From assembly GCF_000143415.4 (NCBI RefSeq), contig NW_003314285.1:1871471-1935470 (forward strand): a stretch of 64,000 bases of DNA. Reading direction: 5' to 3'. This stretch comes from Selaginella moellendorffii (lineage: Eukaryota; Plantae; Lycopodiophyta). The notes below the pieces were generated by a model. The model saw only the letters and a list, made by a program, of their open reading frames with translations. It had not been told where the DNA came from and ran no database searches. Positions 54,843-64,000 of this stretch are shown piece by piece; within the stretch, counting starts at the first letter, position 1; each line of letters opens with the position of its first letter. A program made the position numbers and the translations under genes.

Positions 54843-56531
54843 ATGAAGAGTCTCGTCGCGTTTTTTCTTGTTCTTGCTGTGATCTCCCACTTTTGCAATG
54901 CGCAAGATTTGAGTTTCACAGCCACGACTCCCAGCCTCACCAAAGGCAAGCCAAACACCTTCATTGGAACCACTGGCGATCAGATCGCGTCGTCTCTTCT
55001 CGCATCAAAGACTCCCGCAATGCTTTGGGGCTCGGTTCCCGCGAGTGCAATCACCAACATCTGCCAGAAGATTGTCCAGACTGGAAGACAGGAGTACACT
55101 GCAAAGATAGATGGCGACTGGGGAGGATCCGAGACCCTCACGTTAAAGGTAGAGTCTAGATAAGTACCTTTGTTACGTTAATCTTTCTCTTGCTGACGAC
55201 TGGAAGCTATCTCTAGGTGGTCGCAACCGGTGGCTGTGGTGCCGCTCCAGATTCATCCGGAACGCAGTTCGTGTTCACAGACAACTATGGCCGCAAGAGT
55301 GCTGTAAGTTGAGTGATCATTTTGCAGCAACATAAATCACTGGATGCTTACCAGATTGTTTGCCCAAGCAACGCTGGAAGAACTGGCTGTGGTGTGTACA
55401 TGACCGGCAGTGACGTGGAAAGCCTCTACAAGAAGCGCTTGGAACTCGAGCAGCAACTACTGCTCACAAACTCTTCTGGCGATCACCAGGCAGCTCGAAG
55501 ATTCTTGCTTGGTGGCTGCAAAGAAGAAGCAGGGAAAGGTACCTCGGGGTGATCCATATGTTAGCTCGTTCCTTCCTTTTTGCAGGAGCAATCGGAGGTG
55601 CAATCACGGGAGTGTTGGGAACTGGAGGTTGCTTGGGACTGGGACCATTGGCACCTTTCTGCATCGCTGGCGTTTTGGGAGTGAGTGCTGAGCTTGGCGC
55701 GGCTGCTGGCTGCGTGAGTGCGTGCTTCCCTGGGGATGCAACGGTGCAAACTTCCACGGGCGAGACAAAGACGATGAGCCAGCTCCAAATCGGTGACAAG
55801 GTATCTATCCTGATCATCCATCGCTTCCACTAAACCGTTTTCCTCTGCTCGCGTCGTGAAGGTTGGGACGCTCAAGAACGGGAGGCTCGAGTTCGGTGAA
55901 ATCTATGCTTTCGGCCACCGAGACTTGGAGCAGAAGAGTGACTTCGTCAACCTGGAACTATCCCACTCAAAGACCCTTGAGCTCTCGCGCCTGCATTTCG
56001 TGCCAACGCTGCTCAAAGCTGGTGTGTGTCATCTCTTCCTTCCACCACTTTTTTTTCCACCAAGCTCACGAACCATTTCTAGGTGGAGTCGAATTCAAGC
56101 GTGCGCAAGACGTTCTTGTCGGAGATGTGTTGACCGCTTCATCGCCCACCAACAATTCGATCATGACTCCATTCCCAGTCACACGAATCTCGATCGTTAC
56201 AAAGCCCGGCCTCTATAATCCATTGACTCTCCAAGGAACTATCGTCGTCAACGGAGTCGCCGCCTCGGTCCACAGCGACTGGTTCCTGGATGCCCTGTTT
56301 GACGCGCTCGGCCTCACTGCTTACCTCCCAGCGGCATACCAGGCTATCCTCTTCCCGGCGCGATTGCTCTACACACTCCTCGGCCATGATTCATACCTCG
56401 CGCTCTACAAATGGATCGACGCCAGGATCAATGTCGCCGAGTTCGGCACTGAAAATGGCGGCAAGATTGCAGCGGCGGCGCTGCTCGCCAGTGGAATCGC
56501 GTCCCTGCGATTGCTCAAGAACCCTATGTGA
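54843..56531 (+). CDS. secreted Hedgehog-type Hint (Hog) domain autoprocessing precursor, 466 aa, 6 exons
   Basis: Exons 54843-55148, 55217-55303, 55355-55538, 55586-55800, 55862-56021 and 56083-56531 (all GT-AG, 1401 nt, open). Signal peptide, CFPGDATV...LQIGDKV, FGHRD, LELSRLH, VGDVL, GLYNPLTLQGTIVVNGVAAS, SRR-like ILFPARLLY. Confidence 0.9.
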
Positions 56532-58039
56532 AAGAGTACTGGTATTTGCTGCAACCTCATAGAATGGCTTGGAAACTGGATCTTAGCTTAAACGGAGAAT
56601 AAGAAATCATGTTAAAGCTTTCTTCTGACAGAATGATATAAATAAAATCTCAAAACAAGAAATAAGATCTATCTTGCAAATTAACAAGAGAAATAGTGCT
56701 TTAGAACGTGAGAAATCAGGTGCCAAAGTCTTAAACTTCAAACCACTAAGAAAGTACACAATTTGGACAAGGCTCTTGGTGCAAGGAAATATTTTTGGAT
56801 TAGATTACTCCCTCTAATCCGCCCTTTTGAGTAGTAGATCAAAGCATTTAACAATGGTGCTGGCCAACATTGGATATTATTGCTAAACAAACATCTTGGA
56901 ACTCAAAGTGAGTTATAAGTGGGTTTCAATTCCTATTTTAATATACACTATTATATTTTTATTTTGCAACTTAATAAAAAAATATAGATTTATAGGACTA
57001 CAAATTCTATTTTTATAATGAAAATGTTATTTATCAAAATTGTCATGAAAATACAAAATTTGTAATTCATGATGACTATTGCAAGCATTTTATGCACTCA
57101 ATATTGCAACAAATATATAATTGTATATGGGAGTATTATATATTTACACATATTTAGATATACTTTTTTTTTGAGTTTTATGCAAAAATATTATGCATAC
57201 AATTCCTTGTCAATTGTTATAAAAACAATTGAAACTTGACTAATAAAATATATTATATATACATGGAGTACAACACTTCAGAACATAAGACTAATACCAC
57301 ATCATCTAAAATAATATGATGTTATTATAAATTTAGTGAGAGTTTTTTTTCCTATTCTTATATCATTGTATGTAGATTTGTGATCTTGAGATTATTACCA
57401 TTTCTTTTGTATTCTATTTACCTCTCATTTCACATTGCTGTGTTTCATTTTCAATTATAACGCACTCTAATGTAAATATAGTATTTTGATTACTTTAGCA
57501 AGTACTTTTAATTACTTGCAGCTTGTTTATGGTGTGGTACTCTAATCTAAGTAGCAATTAATTGGAGTAGCAGCAAATACAGTCAATTGGAGCACATATG
57601 CAAGTGCAATGCTTTTTTTGGTGTTTGGGGCATTGAGTAAATAATTTGTATTATAGCCATGATAAGGTGTTAGTTTTATTGATTCTTTGTGTTCTTAATC
57701 ACACATATAAGTTTTTAATATTGCAGTGGTTTATTGAGTTTATATATATTGCAAAGTGCAATATAGAATTTTCTTTCTTAGGTTTTTACTTCTTAGTTTT
57801 AGCTATGTAATTATTACAATGATTGTGTCATGAAGAGCAAAGAGCATCATAACATACTTATAACACATGTAATGATAGGATAAGATTTAGATATGCTATC
57901 ACTATGAATTCTTAGAACTTTAGGGGATAAATGGGGATAAAATAGCTATTAAGGGCTATCTCATTAAACAATTACCCCTTTTTCAATTTAGTTAAAAGGA
58001 AGAGAAATAAAATGCATTATATATCTCATGGGAAATTAC

Positions 58040-59182
58040 TGTCGCGAATGTGACTTCGGGTATCGAAAGTTACCTGTCGGCCAATCCTTACGGACACTCT
58101 TACCTTACTGCCACGACGGCAGGAGGTCGGTATTGCTAGACCCGTTATTAGTCTCCGCCTAAGCTAGTTGAGAAACTGGTCCTCGCGTGTGCACTTGACT
58201 AGATGGGCATAAGGATGGAATTCCTAAGTGCTATTAGTCAAGCATACTTGACCTGGTTAGAGAAACTCATTCGTTGACTTGCACTTGCTAGTGTTGGGAA
58301 CCCCCGCGATATTAAGCTTGGTCCCTCAACATCGCTAGATGATAGCTTACCGTGTCTGCCAAACACCCTCGCTATCATGCCCTTTGTGTTAGTCTCAATT
58401 TGTCCCAGATGCTATTTATGGAAAGTGTCCAGATTTGCTCATTTGGCATATCTACGGAATGTAGAGATCGGCCTGACCACAATGGTGTTCGTCCCGTGTC
58501 CAAATTCGCAATCTAAGGACATTCCATATTTAGTAAGTTTCGAGCTTGTCCCAGAGACTAACTCCTAATACTAAGGGAGGCTTGGGGTGAAAGCCCAAAG
58601 CGTGTGTTCCTCAACGGGGGGGGGGCTATGGGGGGTTCCAAATGTATAGTAGGGATAGTGGGTAGGTCGGGCATGGCCGACCAACCTAAGGCATAGTCTA
58701 GCTCCCGCTTGCGTGCCTGTCCTTGTTCTGCGTCCGGCTTGGGTCTAAGCCCAAGTTCCATTCCATGCTAGCTGGTGGAGTACCCATATCCTCACATTAG
58801 GCCACCGGTATGCTGAAATAGCGCCAGACTCCGTTTGGCTCCGTTTTGCGTGCTGGTCCTGGCATTGGTATGCTGGTTGCTCCAGGACTGTTCCAAGTCG
58901 CTCCGGGCTCCTGTCCCTTCGCTCCTTGGGCTATATGCTCGGGAGTTGCTCCGTGGTCCGGTTCCATCACTCTTTGGCGTCACGCTTGGGAGTTTGGCAC
59001 CGTTCCTTCGTTCAATGGCCCAAGGCCCTGAACCTCGGGTTCCTATGGACACGTGGCACGGACACGTGGTATATGACACGTGGCATCTGTCACGTGGCAC
59101 AAAGAGGGTTTAGGTTCCGCTTCGTGGTGTTATCCTATGGTAAATCACCATAGGATAAAGGGTCAAAACCACGTGCGCTACA
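58040..59182 (+). mobile_element. 5' LTR (about 1.14 kb) of an LTR retrotransposon
   Basis: Begins tgtcgcg and ends gcgctaca (TG...CA, imperfect terminal inverted repeat). Abrupt AT-to-GC transition. Followed by a PBS. Confidence 0.75.
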
Positions 59183-59184
59183 TT

Positions 59185-59195
59185 TGGTATCAGAG
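59185..59195 (+). promoter_or_regulatory. primer binding site complementary to initiator tRNA-Met
   Basis: TGGTATCAGAG, 2 nt after the LTR-terminal CA. Confidence 0.85.
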
Positions 59196-62100
59196 GATGA
59201 GTCTCAGCGAGTACTATTCAATGAGATTGGGCAACTAGTCTCGTTGCATACGCAGAGATGAAAACGGTGATCCGAGTGCGTACACGTTTTGGTGCAAAGA
59301 CTTCGCAATTGTTCCTTGAGTATGGATTTGGTTACCGTTTTGTACCGTATTATATAAGCTTGCTCTTGGGCTCATAAGAAGGCTTGAGTTGTTTCAGTAG
59401 CACGAGTTTGCGCTTGGGCTCGTGAGTGAGGCACATTAGCAACTCAAGGTTACACTTAGAGTTGGCAGGATTAATGTTAGCCTATCGGTGGTTCCATGAG
59501 TTGTTCCATGTACCGTGGGTGAAAGTAAACTTTCCCTGAGTTTGCTATGAGTGGCAAATAGGCTGGTCCGTAGCTGTTTAGCACGGCACTAGTGGATCCT
59601 TCCTAGGCATGATTATAAGTGGATCAATCAAGACTATAGGGATTAATCTATTGGTTCAAGTAATCATGGCCGTGCTCTCTCATAAACTTTTCTTCGATTG
59701 AACTGAAGGCAGTGTGAAAGCAAGCTTGAGGTTTGGTCAAAGTTGAGACCGAAAAGAGAGTCATCAGGGATGGAGGATCAAATACGTAAATCATCTTCTC
59801 TTTTGGAGAAATGATTCGTAACGAGGTGTTAACTCATTGCTTATGTTCATATTATGCAATCAAGAGTCCCTATCTTGATGCGTGTTGGAAATGATAGTCT
59901 TACAAATAGTGAGTTGTGGGATGGATAGCGGTGAAGCGCTAAACCATTTTGTCTAAGCTTGCTATTGGAAGACTTGGGTTGCAATGCTCAATTCTTTTTC
60001 GAGGAACCTTGCTATTGCTCCTTGAGTAGCTTGGTGTTGGATTAGTGTTGAGTTTGGTCGGAAAGAGAGTGGCATGAGCTTGTCCTTGTTGTGAACAAAA
60101 GTTAGTGATATTGGGTGTTGTAAGTCTCTATCAGTGGAGTGTGGCATTTATGTTGCATTTTGTCGAATTGAGTTAGCACTTGATACTCATATAAACCTTT
60201 GAAGTAATAACATTGGCATTGCTCGTGGTATTGCTCAATTGATGATCAAATCATTGTGATTTCTATACCATATCCATGTGATAATGAGCAATGTGTTTAC
60301 GAAGTTGCTTGGGTAAATGATGATCAACCCCAAAGTGGTTGATGGTGAAGCTAGTCTACCTGCACGTAGTAGCATTGTAGTAGCTTTAACTGGATTCTCG
60401 GAGGTGATCCATTGTGCTAAGCTTAAGTTGGTACCTTGTTTTCTTGAGTTTGCCCATAAGGTGTTGGAAAAGGGTTATAGCATTTACTTGCTATGGCTTG
60501 TCGGTTGATCCGTTAGCATTTGGAGTAGATTGTTGGATGGAGAAGGTGTGTAGTTGGGGCGTTGNNNNNNNNNNNNNNNNNNNNNNNNNNNNNNNNNNNN
60601 NNNNNNNNNNNNNNNNNNNNNNNNNNNNNNNNNNNNNNNNNNNNNNNNNNNNNNNNNNNNNNNNNNNNNNNNNNNNNNNNNNNNNNNNNNNNNNNNNNNN
60701 NNNNNNNNNNNNNNNNNNNNNNNNNNNNNNNNNNNNNNNNNNNNNNNNNNNNNNNNNNNNNNNNNNNNNNNNNNNNNNNNNNNNNNNNNNNNNNNNNNNN
60801 NNNNNNNNNNNNNNNNNNNNNNNNNNNNNNNNNNNNNNNNNNNNNNNNNNNNNNNNNNNNNNNNNNNNNNNNNNNNNNNNNNNNNNNNNNNNNNNNNNNN
60901 NNNNNNNNNNNNNNNNNNNNNNNNNNNNNNNNNNNNNNNNNNNNNNNNNNNNNNNNNNNNNNNNNNNNNNNNNNNNNNNNNNNNNNNNNNNNNNNNNNNN
61001 NNNNNNNNNNNNNNNNNNNNNNNNNNNNNNNNNNNNNNNNNNNNNNNNNNNNNNNNNNNNNNNNNNNNNNNNNNNNNNNNNNNNACCTTAGTATGTAGTT
61101 TGTATGATGCAACCCGAAAGGGATACTGACTTTTGGGGCTAAGGCAATTGAGTTGGATAGAGTCTGGAGTTAGTGTAGAAAAGTGGCCGTTGCACTTTTC
61201 TAGGAAGGGTGACTCTTGTGCCTTTCTTTTGTAGCATTATGCTTGGTGGCAGGTTGCACCTTGCATTTTGTTAAGACTCTATGAGAGTAGTGAGCTCTCA
61301 CTGATCTTGACTTGGTCTTGGTGGCCTTACACCTTGGCTAAGGATGGTGATGTCCAACTTAGTTGTTTGAGGTTGAGATGTTAGTACCCGTACTATAGCT
61401 TTGTCTATGAGGAGGTTGTGTACCAATATAAATCCATCTCATGGTCTTCACTTTAGTTTTAGCTGAGTGTTGATCATGCATAGCTAGCCTCTTCAAAGCA
61501 TGCTCAGAGCTATTGGCTAAATGCATTGGTGAGCTTATTGCAGTTGAGTTGGATTCGAGTGGTCATTTAGTTTGTGCTTGTCAATGAACTTTTATCTCAT
61601 ACCGAAGGTATCACGTTCATGTTGGACAAGTGTATGACTCGATGATGTGAGTTTAGTGTTTGGGTCTTGTAAAGACAAGTTGAAAGAGTGATTGTTAGTT
61701 GCTTTGCGACTAATGATTGCTTGTAGACTTTGTCAAAAGACTATTGACACTTGCTTCACTCGATGATGATTTAGCAATGATAGGTTTGCTTTACCGGATG
61801 GTGTTGCGGAGGATCGTGTCGTTAGACTTACATGGTTTTTCCATGTTGACATGTCGACTCTATCTCTGTCGATATCATTTGGTTGCATTTAGTTCGTGGT
61901 GTTGGATTTCATTGAGTCTTGGATGTGGTGACTCACTCCTTGAGGAAGTGTTATCTGTAACTGAGTTTTGCTAAAGGATTGGTCTCGGTTACTAATTAAA
62001 GTATCTTCGACCTTGGTTAGCTTGGTTGCTGGAAAGCTCCGAGTAGTGATTCACTCATGCTTTCTTCTAGCTTTGTTTTGGTGTTGATGGCATTGAAGTG

Positions 62101-64000
62101 ATGCTTTGTCATTGACATTGTTGATATTGAGATCTGAGTGAAATGAGATATCCTTCCAAGGATTGATATTGAGTTTCATTAGTCTTGATGAATATAGTGT
62201 TGATGATTTGGCTATAGCTTTGTGTTGTTGGCATTCGTGCATTTGCTAGTTAGCAACTGTGTTGACGTTCAAACGAACTGAGTGGCAAGTTGAGTTAGTT
62301 GTGTTCTAGACGAGATTATTTAGTAGAGGGTTGAGCTTTAGCTTTTCCTTGAAAAGTGATTTAGTCGTGGACTATGCTAACTCTACGAGAAGAAGAGTTA
62401 GTGATCAATATTAGAATGTTGAGTCCTTGCTAGATTTGAGTTCGGAATATAGCAATCATTAATGATTCTTTTTGAGCTTGTTATGAAGTGAGTTACGTCT
62501 TGCTATAGATGGATTCATGGAGGATCGTTTGATGATCACTTGTTAAGCATAGCTTCGTTATGCTTAGCTTTTGGATTGATGTAGAAATGCTCTTCATTAG
62601 CTTTGGCATTATGAAGTTTGGCTTATGGATGTGTTGAGGAAGATATTGTGGGTTGCACCATGATTTCTTCTTTAGCATTGAAGTTAGCTTCTATGAGACT
62701 CGTGATCATTATTAGGCAAGACTTAGTTATAGGCTTCTTCGAGCTTTTGGTTCTTGAGTTTTGTGCTCATTGTTCCATTTGTTAGAAGTTGTTGGGGAAG
62801 GCATTTTGGCTCATTAGCTTCGATGTTGAAGTTGGTTTTTGCATCTGGCAATCATTGGTGATGATTGACTATCATCTAGGGTAGTTGATTGTCCTTATCA
62901 CAAGTTTTGCTTGATTATTGTTGGTTTGGAATTATTTGCTATTCTTCAGGATGGTAGATTCTTTCTTCAACGATGATTATACATCACTACATTGATGGGC
63001 TAATTGACGATCTTTCATGATAGTTGGTTGTTCTCTTTGATGGCTTTTGGCTTTTCGCAATACCACATGTTCTTTGTGGTTTGCTCTGGATTGGTCTCTT
63101 GGGTTTGAGACAGTAGGATGTTGTTGACACTTGCTTAGGCAACTTGAGTTCCTTGGTGTTATTGGCTGGGATTTATCTGGATTGGCTAGTGCGATGATTG
63201 GCATGAACACTATATTTGTTTGCTTTGCAACATTCATTTTGTTCTGTTGATTATTGCTTGAGTTAGTTTTGATAGATTTGGATGTTATTTCCTTTGGGTG
63301 ATACATTCGCGAGCATTTTGCTTGTCAATCAATGATACTTTGTGTTCTTTGAGTTATCTTTCGTAAGTTGTTTAGCATTCTGTCTGCAATCTTTAATAGT
63401 TAAACTTTATCATTGAGTTTCCTTGATGATCTACTTGCTATTGAATTTTGTTGGATGGTGATTCCTATGTTTACCAATTATGCTGATCTTGGTGGTTCTT
63501 GCACTATAATACTAGTTTATCGGATGATAACTTACTTGGAATACTTTTGTGTTCTAATTTAAAGCTTTATTCACTGATAATTCCATCTCTAAGATATCAT
63601 TGTTTATGACTTTGATATAGTCCATATATATTGATCTTTGAGTTTGGGCCAGTATAGGCAGACTGGCTTCGGCACTTCGTGTGCATGGTGAAATCTCTAG
63701 TCATGGGGTAGCTACTGTCGACTGGTCACATAACCCGCCTCTCTGTCGATGTTCCTTATTCCGTGAAAGGGCGTGACCGTGTAAACAACTCTAAACTGCC
63801 TGTTGACAGTAGTCTATCTAAACCTTACCGACGGGTTTGGTTTCTTTGCTTAGGAGGGTTGGGGCCTCTGGCTTCTCTCTCTATGTTCCTGCGGGCAGGG
63901 GCATATCACACTTTTGTAAGCTGGGTGACTCCCAGAGCAGCAAGGGTGGCTGATTCCGTTGGTCATTTCCTTGTCGGCGACGGCTGGAAGGTGTCTGAGC
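59196..64000 (+). mobile_element. retroelement internal region without recognisable gag/pol ORFs, possible new LTR from 63716
   Basis: G/T-skewed sequence with frequent stops downstream of the PBS. At 63705-63720, ggggtagctac|tgtcg followed by a GC rise. Confidence 0.5.
60565..61084. other. assembly gap (520 N)
   Basis: Run of N. Confidence 1.

Noticed and set aside
55723-56280. Hint domain as a true splicing intein
   Set aside because: Lacks the C-terminal His-Asn-(Cys/Ser/Thr) junction and any endonuclease. It ends in the Hedgehog-style V.AS motif followed by an SRR-like helix.
58616-58670. G-rich tract as a functional G-quadruplex or polypurine tract
   Set aside because: Internal to the LTR rather than adjacent to its start. 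Function cannot be supported from sequence alone.
60414-61129. Four ORFs spanning poly-X
   Set aside because: Artefacts of the 520-N assembly gap.
63716-64000. 3' LTR matching the LTR at 58040
   Set aside because: Only the first 5 nt (tgtcg) agree, and the rest differs.

Overview
Gene-dense plant nuclear DNA. Introns of about 45-65 nt, intergenic gaps often under 150 nt and many PLS-class PPR genes suggest the lycophyte Selaginella (inference, not verified). The conserved core (about 3.9-48.9 kb) holds five PPR genes, a DEAH helicase, a ZIFL-type MFS transporter, GBSS, an ARF-GAP, RALF, tRNA-Val, an FSH1 esterase, a bacterial-type cupin, a GH1 glycosidase, Y3IP1, lycopene epsilon-cyclase, an S-domain RLK, a LYK3-type LysM-RLK, a NAC factor and FtsH2. 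The left accessory flank carries a Crinkler/RHS-like NTPase+nuclease gene and a beta-tubulin fragment. The right flank (49-64 kb) is AT-rich TE debris plus an LTR element, surrounding one intact 6-exon gene. That gene is the top candidate for an undescribed system. It encodes a secreted 466-aa precursor: signal peptide, unknown Cys-containing domain, RRFL site, a Gly-rich bacteriocin-like 4-Cys segment, then a Hedgehog-type Hint autoprocessing domain. Other leads are an OSB-type PDF motif spliced onto a PPR, which is also in frame with the upstream PPR across a single TGA; an esterase/cupin/glycosidase trio resembling flavonol catabolism; and a terminator-less tRNA upstream of RALF. All exon models and similarities were derived by eye, with no database search.
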